A stretch of 64,000 nt of DNA from an uncultured bacterium (GTDB lineage Bacteria > Verrucomicrobiota > Verrucomicrobiia > Limisphaerales > UBA8199). Below, piece by piece: positions 22,904 to 33,140 of this stretch (its first letter is position 1; each line of letters opens with the position of its first letter). The DNA lies in assembly GCA_963749495.1 (NCBI GenBank), contig CAVVMW010000015.1:416001-480000 (forward strand). Direction: 5' to 3'. Under the pieces are notes generated by a model, which was not told the DNA's origin, did not search any database, and saw only the letters and a program-made list of their open reading frames with translations. A program made the position numbers and the translations under genes.

Positions 22904-25720
22904 ATGAATACTCCTCAACTCGGCGTTAACCATCAACTCCTGAACCAAATCGCTCTGGCCGTCATCGCCGCACTGACACTGTTGTGCACCCAGGCAAAAG
23001 CCCAGATTGCCGTGGTTGATTCAGACTACATGACCATGAGCTACCAGGGAGGAATAACCTCCGCCGCCTTCAGCCAGCCAGCAACCGTCTCCCCGGGAGC
23101 AGGCGTGCTGGTCGTCGTGCTAGCCAACAACGGTGCTGGCCGAATCAGCGCTGAACCAACACAACTGTTTTGGCAGGGGCAGACCGTCAAGAAGGTCGTA
23201 TCGATTGATAACGTAAATTCAGTTTACGGCGACGTCACGATCTATTGCCTCTCCAAGCCCATTGCGGGCACGGGTAATATTACCGGCGCCTATGCGGCCA
23301 TCCCTACTGACAACTGGGTCTCGCTTTTCACCCTTGTCGGCGCTAGCACGGTGACTGCCCCCTTGACCGGAACGGCCAACAACGCCAATAATACAACACT
23401 CACGTTTAATGTGCCAAACATTCTGGACGGCTCTTTCGCTGTGGTGTGCGGGATCTGGTCCGAGGCCGGCGGCAGCGGTCTCGACCTCCAGGCGAGCCGT
23501 GGCGCCATGAACCCCCAGTACGACAGCACGGATGACAACACCGCCGCGGCCATGGGCACCGTGTCAGGACTCTCCGCCGGCGCGGCCTCCTTCACTTACT
23601 CGGTCAGCGCGTCTGGCGGCGCAGCTAAAATGGCCTTCGCCGGCGCCGTCTTCTACCCCGTTTCTTCGGCTCCACTATCGGCGGCGAACTCCGCCATCAC
23701 CGCCAGTCCGGCCGCCCTGCCGGCCAACGGCGCGAGCACCGCGACGATCACCGTGCAGGCGGTGGACACCAGCGGGGTGGGAATGGAGGGCAGCGCCGGG
23801 ACGGCAACCTTGCAGACGACGGCGGGCACCTTGAGCAGTGTGACCGACAATCTCGACGGCAGCTACACGGCGATTCTCACCTCCCCCACCATCACCTCCC
23901 CCAGCAGCCCTGCGACGGCCTCGATCACCGGCACCGTCAACGGCAGCGTCATTGGCCATCCCGCCAGCGTCGTGTTCACCCCACAATCCTTCAGTCCAGG
24001 TTTCCTTAAACTCGAGGTCTATCTCAATGCCCCGGGATCCACGGTCACTGATTTGCTGGCCTTTGCCAATTATCCGTCATTCCCGGACGAGGTTCACTAC
24101 GTGCCTCTGTTTGAAATTCCTCCCGCCAAATATATCCTCGGCAACTCAGGCGGCATCGCGCTGGGCGAAAGATTGAGCGGTTTCATCGTGCCTGCCGAGA
24201 CGGCCAACTATGTGTTCTACCTGAGCGCCAACGAGGCTGGACAACTCTGGCTATCCACCAACGCCGACCCGGCGGGCCTCCAATTGATCGCGCAGGGTTA
24301 CGACGATTATCCCGCGTTAACCTATGATACCAACTGTTCGGCCCCGATCCACCTCGTCGCGGGCCAACGGTATTATGTCCAAGCCGTCGAGAAATCAGAC
24401 GGTAGTGCATCGAACGGTGCAGGGGGTGAGGGTGAAGAATCGATGGCCGTCACCTGGACCAAGCAAAACGAGCCGCCTCCCGCGTACCAGACCGCTCCGA
24501 TATCGGGCCAGTTCCTGGCAACGTTCACGGATGCGGACACAACTCCGCCTGCGGCTGTGACCAATTTGGTGATCGACCCCAACACGGTAGGTGTTTCCTG
24601 GCTGTGGGCGCAATGGACTTCCCCGAGCGAACCCGGCAACACCAACCCGGTGGCCTATTATGATCTCCGCTATTCCACCCAGACCATTACCTCCAACAAT
24701 TGGGCAAGCGCCACGCCGGCAGACACGACCTTTTTCTTCGGACAGCCCGCAGGCACCGCGCAGAAGTTCAAGGTCACCGGACTCAATCAGAGCACTACCT
24801 ATCACTTTGCCATTCGCTCGACAGACGCGGCCGGCAATGTATCGGAGCTTTCCAACGTCGCAGTGGGGACGACCCTGGCGGTCAGCCTCGGCAGTTTTAA
24901 TGTGTTATGGGATCTCGAATTCAACGTTGCCGGTGCCGATCCGACCGCCGCAGGCGACTGGAGAAACCGGCCAGGCAGCCTTCCCGCCGGAACCACTTGG
25001 GCCAACATCGTGACCAACGGCTGGCTGACCTGCCTGGCCTGGAACCCGATTTTGGACACGGTGCCCAAGAATGATTTCAACTATCCGTTTATTGTCGAAG
25101 AGCGATGTCAATGTCTCGACGTGGTCGACATGAGTGGGACGGGGCTAAACGGCGCCAACTTCTTCATCAACATGGATTATCGCAGCGATGGCCAGTTCTC
25201 CAAGTTCTCCTTCGCGCTGGGATTGACCGCCGATGGCACTCAAGAGTTGAATTTTGTGAATTGGACCCCGGATACGTTTACCGCCCTCCTTCTCACCAAC
25301 TATACCGGCCTGTCGGCCGACTTCCATGTCATCCGTGTGGCAGTGGATACGGCAAACACGCAGTTCACAGTGTTCATCGATTCCACAAACATGGGGACCC
25401 TGACTTATTTCCGGGTACCCACCGCAAGTGACGTCGATGCCTATGCCACAATCCTGGGCTGGGCCGCGACTGCCCAGTTTGACTATATTCGGATTGGGAC
25501 GCCGCTGGCCCCGCCTCCCCCGCAGTTGAACATCAGCCGCACTGGCAGTAGTGTGGCTATCTCGTGGCCCACCAACGCGACCGGCTTCACGCTGCAAACG
25601 ACGGCCAGCCTCGCGCCGGCAAGCTGGAGCAACTCGGGAAACCCCGTGGTGCAAGGGGATCAGAACGTGTTCACTACCATGGCTACCAATGCCGCCCGGT
25701 TCTATCGCCTGAAGCAATGA
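22904..25720 (+). CDS. Large secreted/surface protein (invasin-type Ig domain, PA14-like, fibronectin III, C-terminal PVC-type tail)
   Basis: Signal peptide; LPANGASTATITV...VTDNLDGSYTA; RLSGFIVP...YVFYLSANEAGQLWLS; DTTPPAAV...TYHFAIRSTDAAGNVSELSN; VAISWP...ARFYRL. Confidence 0.85.
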   Translation: MNTPQLGVNHQLLNQIALAVIAALTLLCTQAKAQIAVVDSDYMTMSYQGGITSAAFSQPATVSPGAGVLVVVLANNGAGRISAEPTQLFWQGQTVKKVVSIDNVNSVYGDVTIYCLSKPIAGTGNITGAYAAIPTDNWVSLFTLVGASTVTAPLTGTANNANNTTLTFNVPNILDGSFAVVCGIWSEAGGSGLDLQASRGAMNPQYDSTDDNTAAAMGTVSGLSAGAASFTYSVSASGGAAKMAFAGAVFYPVSSAPLSAANSAITASPAALPANGASTATITVQAVDTSGVGMEGSAGTATLQTTAGTLSSVTDNLDGSYTAILTSPTITSPSSPATASITGTVNGSVIGHPASVVFTPQSFSPGFLKLEVYLNAPGSTVTDLLAFANYPSFPDEVHYVPLFEIPPAKYILGNSGGIALGERLSGFIVPAETANYVFYLSANEAGQLWLSTNADPAGLQLIAQGYDDYPALTYDTNCSAPIHLVAGQRYYVQAVEKSDGSASNGAGGEGEESMAVTWTKQNEPPPAYQTAPISGQFLATFTDADTTPPAAVTNLVIDPNTVGVSWLWAQWTSPSEPGNTNPVAYYDLRYSTQTITSNNWASATPADTTFFFGQPAGTAQKFKVTGLNQSTTYHFAIRSTDAAGNVSELSNVAVGTTLAVSLGSFNVLWDLEFNVAGADPTAAGDWRNRPGSLPAGTTWANIVTNGWLTCLAWNPILDTVPKNDFNYPFIVEERCQCLDVVDMSGTGLNGANFFINMDYRSDGQFSKFSFALGLTADGTQELNFVNWTPDTFTALLLTNYTGLSADFHVIRVAVDTANTQFTVFIDSTNMGTLTYFRVPTASDVDAYATILGWAATAQFDYIRIGTPLAPPPPQLNISRTGSSVAISWPTNATGFTLQTTASLAPASWSNSGNPVVQGDQNVFTTMATNAARFYRLKQ

Positions 25721-25894
25721 GCCGTCCTGCGAGTGTTCGGTAACTGGGGCGCGTGAGATGAGGGTGGCAATCGTCTTGCCACCCTCCTTGATTTGCGGGC
25801 AAGCCCAAGCCCAAGCCCTTCGGCACCACCGGCTGGAGCACCAACTCTTCCGGTCTTCCGACCGCGCTGTGGACACCCCAGGTGCAGACAAGCG

Positions 25895-26455
25895 ATGCCA
25901 GCTCTGGCGTTAGGACCAATCAATTCGGGTTCAACATTAACCGGGCCAGCGGCTGTGGCGGTCGTGGTCTTCTGCTGTCTCGGAGCGTCTGCAACTTCGA
26001 GTGAGGAGAAGACGCCTGCCAAGATAGACCGTCGGGTCATCTATTATGGCCATCTGCGATCCCCTCGGGCCAAGGACTTTGTTGGGTTCTTGGGCCAGCA
26101 CTTCGTCAAGGTCGGGCAGGGTAATTTAGGCGCATTTCGGGAAGCCGAAACTGCCGACTACGATGTCACCATCCTCGATTACGACGAACTGAAGGCGGTA
26201 CGCAACAATACCCACCTGCTCAACATTTGCTGCATCGGGCTGGAAGGCTTCTGGTCGGTGGTCAGAGGGTTGACGGAATCGGATCTCGGTGAAAGGTGTA
26301 ATGAGGAATGGAGCAGGCGGATGGCTAGACTGAGGGGGGCATCACGGATTGCGGAAGGACATCAAACATGGTCGAAGCCCTGTGAGCCTCCTCCCTGGTT
26401 GACGGGACCGATGACGACAACACCCGCGCCAAAGACCGAAACTGGAACGAAATGA
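25895..26455 (+). pseudogene. Chimeric ORF: secreted-protein N-terminal fragment fused to a paralog fragment of 27561-27899
   Basis: C-terminal LLNICCIGLEGFWSVVRGLTESDLGERCNEEW matches the downstream ORF. Confidence 0.45.
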
Positions 26456-27339
26456 CATTTATGCCAGAGCCAAAAAGCAGGCGAAAGCGAAGGACCGAGC
26501 GGCTTCTGAGAGAGGTTCTCAGCGAGCGGTTCACCTTTGAGGAGAGCGGAGCCGACCTGGAGCTGCTGAGGTCCATTCACGAGGGGACCTACGCCAACAC
26601 CAAACCAGGAGACCCCAGTTTTCACGCCTACGCCGCTGCCGTCAATGTGGCCAACGAATTCGCCGGCCAGGCCCTGGGTTTTCCGGATTTGATCCCGTTC
26701 AACAGTCAGCTCGCGGACATTCAAGAGGAATACATGCCGAGCTATCCGCCCATGAGCCCGATCACGTCAGCCTTCTTTGCAGGCTGGGTGGTTTTGGATG
26801 CGCGAGATACCTCCACCGGGATGACCCTCGGCGAATTGTTCGTCCGCTATCTCCAGCACGTGGGCAGATTCGATTACGTCCAGAAGGCCATGGCCGCGCT
26901 GAACGATTCCTTTTGCTCATTCTACGAGGTGATGGATGTTGGCACCCAGGGATTGACGCTCTGGGACACCGCCGCGAAACAGGAGGTTCGATGTCGGTGC
27001 AGCAGTGGGTATCCAGGCCGCACGGGGGAGATTTGGTACGTCCGGGTGCTGCCTCCATTTGTCGAGCGGCTCGGCCGGTCAGTGACAATGAGCACCCCAT
27101 ACGTGTTCAGGGACAGCCCTCGCAGCACATGGGAGGACTTCTTTCAGCGCCACTTGTCTTCGGGATCCGCTGCTGGCCGTCCGTTGCGAGATTATCTGAA
27201 GAACGGCAAATCGCTGGGATACTGGTTGGAGTTTCTCTCCCAGGCATTCGCGAACTATACCGGCAACATGATCCTGGTCGAGGGTGTTCCAGACGACCCT
27301 GGTTCTCTGCCACATTTTGACGCAGAGCACAAATTGTAA
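26452..27339 (+). CDS. Hypothetical protein
   Basis: 295-aa open frame with globular composition; no motif recognised. Confidence 0.75.
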   Translation: MTFMPEPKSRRKRRTERLLREVLSERFTFEESGADLELLRSIHEGTYANTKPGDPSFHAYAAAVNVANEFAGQALGFPDLIPFNSQLADIQEEYMPSYPPMSPITSAFFAGWVVLDARDTSTGMTLGELFVRYLQHVGRFDYVQKAMAALNDSFCSFYEVMDVGTQGLTLWDTAAKQEVRCRCSSGYPGRTGEIWYVRVLPPFVERLGRSVTMSTPYVFRDSPRSTWEDFFQRHLSSGSAAGRPLRDYLKNGKSLGYWLEFLSQAFANYTGNMILVEGVPDDPGSLPHFDAEHKL

Positions 27340-27560
27340 TGGCGACGAGCATTTGATCCATGACTCCAATCCCAGAGCGCAACCAGCAAATCCTCCAGAT
27401 GCGGAAGCAGGGGGTTCCGCGTGGAGAGGTTGCCCGCGCGTTTGGATTATCACCAGAGCGGATTTCGCAGCTTTAACGGAGAGATGAGGCCGACAAGTCG
27501 ATCGCCGAGAGACGTGCCAAACTGCGTGAGGAAATCCGGGTTGGTGATGACCCGGGGACA

Positions 27561-27899
27561 ATGTGGCGCGTGAAAGACCTGGCTGATGCGATTGGGCTGA
27601 CTGGGGCGACGAAGAACAGGCTGCTGGATCATTTTGTGGAGGAGGGGAAGAGCCAGATCAGTTTGCGGGAATTGATGGACATGTGCTTGCAAAGGCCAGT
27701 GGAGGACAGAGACTTCTCGATGGCGCCATTGTTGAGGGTCTGCGGGATTGGGAAATATGGATTTGGGTGCGTGGTGCATGGGCTGACGAGTATGGACCTG
27801 GGGAGCCGGTGCAATGAGGAATGGCGCGAGAGGCTGGTCACGGTGAAAAAGGAGGCGGGAATTACTGGAGCGACACCTGATTCATCTGCCGTTTCGTAG
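27561..27899 (+). CDS. Hypothetical protein with HhH-like motif, possibly 5'-truncated
   Basis: LLRVCGIGKYG; the frame stays open upstream without a start codon. Confidence 0.5.
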   Translation: MWRVKDLADAIGLTGATKNRLLDHFVEEGKSQISLRELMDMCLQRPVEDRDFSMAPLLRVCGIGKYGFGCVVHGLTSMDLGSRCNEEWRERLVTVKKEAGITGATPDSSAVS

Positions 27900-27943
27900 G
27901 GTTGCAGCCGTTCTGAGGTCTTTGTGTTGCCCATTTCCAGCGG

Positions 27944-28366
27944 TCAGAGGCGCGGTTTTCGGTTGCTTCCACCAGTGGTTTCATCAGGTGGCTTTTCCCC
28001 AGTGCTGCCATCAACGGAAAGGACACTCAGTTCGTCAGGGACTGCGTCCTTTTGCGGATGGGGATTTTCAAGCGTGGCGAGTGGCATTACCAATCGGCTC
28101 ACGAACTGCAACAAAAACTCGGTTGCAAACTTCGATTGCAACTCGAACATATCCTCGTCAAACCCGCCACCAGCAACCCGATGTCCCTCAATATCAAGGT
28201 ACAGGCTTCGCTTTTGGCCTGGATACTTGCGTTGCGCCTTTTGGAGGAGCTGCAAGAGGTTACAGGCTGTTCGGTCAAAGTCCTCGTGAGCAAGAACGTG
28301 GTAAATGGCAATTCCATCTCCACCGTGCTTCATTTTCATGATCGTCAGCCTTCCTCGCCAGCGCAT
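27944..28366 (-). CDS. Hypothetical protein
   Basis: 140-aa ORF; no motif recognised. Confidence 0.5.
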   Translation of the reverse strand: MRWRGRLTIMKMKHGGDGIAIYHVLAHEDFDRTACNLLQLLQKAQRKYPGQKRSLYLDIEGHRVAGGGFDEDMFELQSKFATEFLLQFVSRLVMPLATLENPHPQKDAVPDELSVLSVDGSTGEKPPDETTGGSNRKPRL

Positions 28367-28374
28367 TCCTCAAG

Positions 28375-28876
28375 GCTCCCAAAGCCACAAGCATCGTGGT
28401 CGTCTTGCTCCGCGGCAAGACAGCCCGGTTCACGCAGCTCGTAGCCCACTTCTCTCCCCGCTCCTGTTGTAGAAGTCTTAGGAACTCCCTCATCTCTTGG
28501 ATCATGGGCACTTGTCGAACCTCACCGGGGCGTCGGTTTTTGAGCCCCGTTTCGGGATGACCCCGGAGCATGATGGTGCCACGTTCGAAATCACAGTCAG
28601 CGCCCACGACATTTGCCGCTTCGGTTTTCCTGAACCCGCCATAAGCCATGAAGCGAACCAGGTCGGCACAATGCTTGGATTTGCCGCCACCGCCTCCTTC
28701 GATTTCGGCGACTAATCTCATCGGTCTTAAGCGAGCGCCAGATGAGCTTGCTTTTGATGCGCAAGCGGGCATAGTAAATCCCTGATGGAACATGCCGGAC
28801 AATATTTGCGCACTGAGTCGGCTGCCAGGTTTTCTCCTGGTCAACGTCCTCTGCCTGGCCATTTTGGGCTTTCATG
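28375..28876 (-). pseudogene. Degenerate tyrosine integrase (internal and 3' deletions)
   Basis: Arm-binding N-terminus RHVPSGIYYARLRIKSKLIWRSLKT joined out of frame to box-I RFMAYGGFRKTEA...RQVPM; HxxR and Tyr missing. Confidence 0.8.
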
Positions 28877-28958
28877 CGAGAAGTATAGTACACCAGTATA
28901 TAATTCGGCGTCAGCCATCCATTTTGCTTCAACGCAAGTCGTTGATAATAAATATTGT

Positions 28959-29035
28959 GCGCCCGTAGCTCAGTTGGATAGAGCATCTGCCTTCTAAGCA
29001 GAGGGTCCTGGGTTCGAGTCCCAGCGGGCGCGCCA
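28959..29035 (+). tRNA. tRNA-Arg(TCT)
   Basis: GCGCCCGTAGCTCAGTTGGATAGAGCATCTGCCT-TCT-AAGCAGA...GGTTCGAGTCCCAGCGGGCGCGCCA. Confidence 0.97.
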
Positions 29036-29138
29036 GCTTAATACCGGGATTTCTTGCTCATCCCCTCCTTCCATCGGAGGAGCCATTTACCCTGTTTTTA
29101 CCCTTGTCAAGATCACGCCGGCGCCGCACAATCCCCTT

Positions 29139-30354
29139 ATGGCAACCTTAAAGAAGGTCCCAGGAGAGCGCGGCCTCTACGTCAACCCGGACAGCGGCAC
29201 CTACTTCGTCCGCATCCAGACGGACGGTCGGGACACGTTTCTCTCCCTCGAGACGACCAGGAAATCCATCGCCATCAACCGGAGGGACGCCAGGCGAGCC
29301 GCAAAGGCCGCCGCGAAGCTCGGTCTCGCCTTCGAGGACCCTGACGAGGCGAAGCCCCCGCTGACGGTCGCCGAGGTAATCCGGAAATACCAGGAGGATG
29401 GATACCGCGACCGAAAGGGGCGCGTGCGCCCGGATGGGCGGCACCAGGCGGCCGAAGAGGCGCACTGCGAGACACTCCTGGAGTTCTTCGACGACGACCA
29501 GCCCGCGTCCGACCTGCGCCAGAAGATGGTCGACGATTACCACGATTGGCGCGTGGAGCGCGTGGCGACGGGCGAGGGGCACCGGACGACCGACGTTGAA
29601 CTCCAGACGCTCGCGAACGCCTTCGAGCACGCCAAGCGCAAGGAGTTGGTGAACGCCAACCCCCTCACCGGCCGGATGCGCTACCACAGCGCGAGCGGGT
29701 CGAGGCACTGCAGGGAGCTGGCGCCGGAGAACACCGACGAGTTGCACCAGATCGCGGGGCACCTCTTCGAGCACCGGCCGTCCGAGGTGCTCGGCTGGCA
29801 GGCCCTGTTCGAAGCGATGACCGGGCTACGGACGAGCGAGGCCCTCGCGCTCCGCATGGATGCCCGGTCCGACGAACCCGGCGGCCTGACGGCGGACGGA
29901 GGCTCCCTCTGCGTGCGCCGGGTCAAGAAGAGCGGCCGCGACAATCCCTACGTCCAGGTCCACGACGGCCTGCGCCAGCTCCTCGACGTGCATCGCGCCT
30001 GGCACAAGGCTCGCTATCCGGAGTCTGCCTGGTACTTCCCCGGCCGCGAGGTGGACTCGGACCGGCCCGTGGACGTGGGCGTGCTGACCAAGGCCCTGGC
30101 GCGGCTGCACCGGACGAAGAGGGTCAAGAAGAAGATCACCTCGCACGGCCTGCGGGCCTGGTACGTGCTCGTCCGCCGGAGCAACGGCATTTCCGAGACC
30201 CAGATCGCCTGGGAGATAAACCACCTCGGCGGTGTGGGCATGCTGGAGAAGGGTGTACGGCGGCGTCCCCCCGCACTGGGCGGATGGCAAGGGCCCGAAG
30301 CTCTCCTGGATGCCGAAGGGCGACCCGGCGTGGAAGAAGATCAAGCGTGGTTGA
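29139..30354 (+). CDS. Tyrosine recombinase/integrase; frameshift near 30250
   Basis: MTGLRTSEA (R), SHGLR (HxxR), INH; catalytic-Tyr segment VYGG in the shifted frame ending at TGA 30352-30354; directly 3' of tRNA-Arg. Confidence 0.88.
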
Positions 30355-30819
30355 TCGTTTGGCGAAGCTCCGGCCAACCTGGGCTAAAGCATCCGCCTTC
30401 GGCAGCCTATAAGGAGGTATGACGAAGGCTTCGCCCGTTGCTAAACCCGGTAAATCGGCTAAACCGTTGCACCCGCGCACCTTGAGGGCGATGTGGCGCA
30501 GGCGCTTCGAACTGCAGGCCCATCGCAGGGGCGGCCTGGTGTACGTCCACTCCTTAGACCTCAAGGAATCAGCCGCCGAGGGCGCGCGCCTGCGGGCCGC
30601 GGCCGAGCTTGCGCTGACAATCGCAAAGCCGCTGATCACCGAAAAGGGGCGTAGCTGGTACGAGCTCGCGGAGCTCATGGGCGAGTTTTGGGCCCAGAAT
30701 GCCGGGTGGCCGAGGGTGGACTTGCTTCAAATCTTCCGCATTCCCGCATCGTGGAATGTGGACCCCGTGAACAGGTCGAGGGTGGCGAAGCGGGCGGCTT
30801 CGCCCGTATGCGGACCCGG

Positions 30820-31060
30820 CGCGACTTGGGGGATATTCCGTCGGGGAACAAGACGCACCAGGTGTGTTTGCGCCAACCCGGAACAAAAACCGACTACCGT
30901 GGAGATTCATATTGGGAAGTCGGTAGCTTCGGCTGCACTGGTTGCCACGCCACAAACCTCCTGCACCCTGGCAGTAATCACATCCCTGAAGGCGCGCGCC
31001 TGGCCTTCGCCCAAGGTAGGCCAGACGGGTCACGCCTCGTCCTCCCATGTTGGATTCCGA
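30820..31060 (+). pseudogene. Fragment of a Cys/His-motif hypothetical protein
   Basis: VCLRQP...DSYWEVGSFGCTGCHATNLLHP...RLAFAQG reads like a conserved domain but has no clean start or end. Confidence 0.35.
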
Positions 31061-31429
31061 TCATTTCGAGACAGCCTACAGGCCAACGGCCTTGCCCAAA
31101 CCGGCGGGGTCCTGGCGTTCGAAGCGAAGACCCGCAAATACGAGCTCCCCGTGCGATGCCCGATGCCGGAGCCCCGATTCCGAAGAACTCCGCCAAACGA
31201 ACAGGCATGAAAGCGACCGAACCAAACGCCGGCCAGTCACCAGATAAAATGGACCAGCCCTCTTTTCCGCCGCACCGGATCAGGAAGCTGCTGCTTGCCC
31301 TTAAAGTCAGCCTCGGTCGGGCTTCAGGAGCCTCTTTGAGCTTCGAGGACTGGGGCCGGTGGATAGGCCGTCCCGCTAACACACTGGCCAGTTGGTGTGG
31401 CTCAAGACTGCAGGTCTGCTGAAGTATGA

Positions 31430-31582
31430 AAACCCTGCCAGCGTCAGTCCTGCCTTCCCGAACTCCCGGACGGACCGTCGTCGGCGCAAGGCCGATTCCA
31501 CTGATGTTTTGCCGTCCTGGCGTGATTCGGGGAGTTTGATCACGCCCGCAGGATTGCCGCTGACAAGTGGTTTGCCGGCCAT
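31430..31582 (-). pseudogene. SagB/ThcOx-type nitroreductase 5' fragment
   Basis: IKLPESRQDGKTSVESALRRRRSVREF...LTL, then similarity stops abruptly. Confidence 0.7.
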
Positions 31583-31873
31583 AGGTATTTCACGGATGAG
31601 GTTGCTGCCAGGATAGTGACAAGGCTTCCCGGAGTCGAGAGGCAGAACGGCTTTTCATTTTGCGTCCGGCGGCCGATGCCAAATGCGCTCGCCGTCCTTA
31701 TACACTTCCCTTACGCGGTGAAAGGGCACGCGATGGCTCCGGCCCTCTGTATCGATAAGCCGGAAGGCCTAAGGGTCGTTCTCAGGAAAATCCACTTCCT
31801 GAAACGGGACGACCATAACCCTGCCCTCCACGCGGTCAAAGTAGCCCAACTCGAAGTTCCCACTTGCGCATCA

Positions 31874-32119
31874 TCACCACTCTTTTCCCAGGAACCATTC
31901 ATCGGACTCCAAATCGTGCTTCAGCAGATACTCGTGGTCGTCCGTGCCGCGCACTTTGAAATAGTCGGCCCGGGGCCATTCGGGCTGGCTCTCGACCTGA
32001 TACCAGCGGTCGAGCACTTCTCCCACTTCGACGGGTCGTCCTTCCCAATTGAACCGTCGCGGCATCTCGTCGGCTTTGGCCCCGGCGTAACATTCGACTT
32101 GGACCGGGATAAGTCTCAT
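31874..32119 (-). CDS. Small conserved hypothetical protein (DUF6504-like)
   Basis: VECYAGAKADEMPRRF...EVLDRW...YFKVRG...YLLKHD...W. Confidence 0.65.
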   Translation of the reverse strand: MRLIPVQVECYAGAKADEMPRRFNWEGRPVEVGEVLDRWYQVESQPEWPRADYFKVRGTDDHEYLLKHDLESDEWFLGKEW

Positions 32120-32495
32120 TGCGAAACAACCTCACCAATGGCTCGCAGTGCCCGAATGGTTTCCGCCACCTTGTGGTAATGCGAATAAACCCCAGCCACG
32201 TCCCGGCAGCAACCATCTCTCTCCATGAACCCGTGAGGAGACCCGCGAGGTTTTGGACTGCCGCAGTCCTCTGCCGCTTTTCAGTCCCTGGTTCTGGGAA
32301 CGCGAAAGCGGCAGAGGACTGCCGCAGTCCAAAACGCTTCGCAGCCTCGGGGCCCCTGACCGGTTCATGGTCCCAATGCATTGGCAGAAGCCAAAGGGGG
32401 CTCCCCATGAGGATCACTCCGCCGCCCAAGGCAGTCTCGATGGCCGTCAAAACGTTAAAGCCATCCAGCCATAGCTCCTGGCCGCGCAACTGAGC
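32116..32495 (-). pseudogene. DUF434-like gene fragment interrupted by the 192-bp element
   Basis: LWLDGFNVLTAIETALGGGVILMG | RDGCCRDVAGVYSHYHKVAET is contiguous once the element is removed. Confidence 0.75.
32219..32410 (-). mobile_element. 192-bp miniature element (copy 2)
   Basis: Reverse complement of 2884-3075 with about 4 substitutions. Confidence 0.88.
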
Positions 32496-32501
32496 CAGCC
32501 C

Positions 32502-33140
32502 AACATCGACCTTTGCTATCAGCACCGCGTTGATCCCAACACGCCGATCGAAGACACGGTCGGCGCCATGGCGGAGCTGGTTCATGAGGGCAAAGTGAGG
32601 TTGCTGGGTCTGTCGGAAGCCGCTCCCTCAACCGTTCGCCGCGCCAGCAAAGTTCATCCTATCGCCGCACTGCAAACCGAATATTCGCTCTAGTCACGGG
32701 ATCCCGAAGGCGAAATCCTGGGGACGTGCCGGCAATTGGGCATCGGTTTTGTCGCCTACAGCCCGCTGGGACGCGGCTTCCTCACGGGACGGTTCAAGAC
32801 GCAGGAGGACATTCCCCCGGACGACTGGCGGCGTCATCATCCCCGGTTCGAGGGCGAAAACTTCAAGCGCAATCTGCACCTGGCGGAGACCGTGAGGCAA
32901 ATCGCAGAGGAAATCGCCTGTACGCCCGCGCAGTTGGCCCTTGCCTGGGTGCTCGCTCAGGGCCAGGATATCGTCCCCATCCCCGGCACGAACCCCCCGC
33001 GCTATCTCGAAGAGAATATCGGGGCCTTGAATGTTCATCTGACCGATGAACAGCTTCGCCGCCTCGATGAGGCTTTCCCGGTGGGCGTGCCAGCCGGAGA
33101 GCGATACCCCGAGCAGGGGATGCAGACCCTCAATCGATAG
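32502..33140 (+). pseudogene. Aldo/keto reductase, 5'-truncated, with in-frame TAG at 32691
   Basis: [59 protein letters not shown]. Confidence 0.88.

Noticed and set aside
32691..32693. In-frame TAG in the aldo/keto reductase as pyrrolysine or readthrough
   Set aside because: Sits at a usual Trp (TGG to TAG) in a gene already 5'-truncated; simple nonsense mutation
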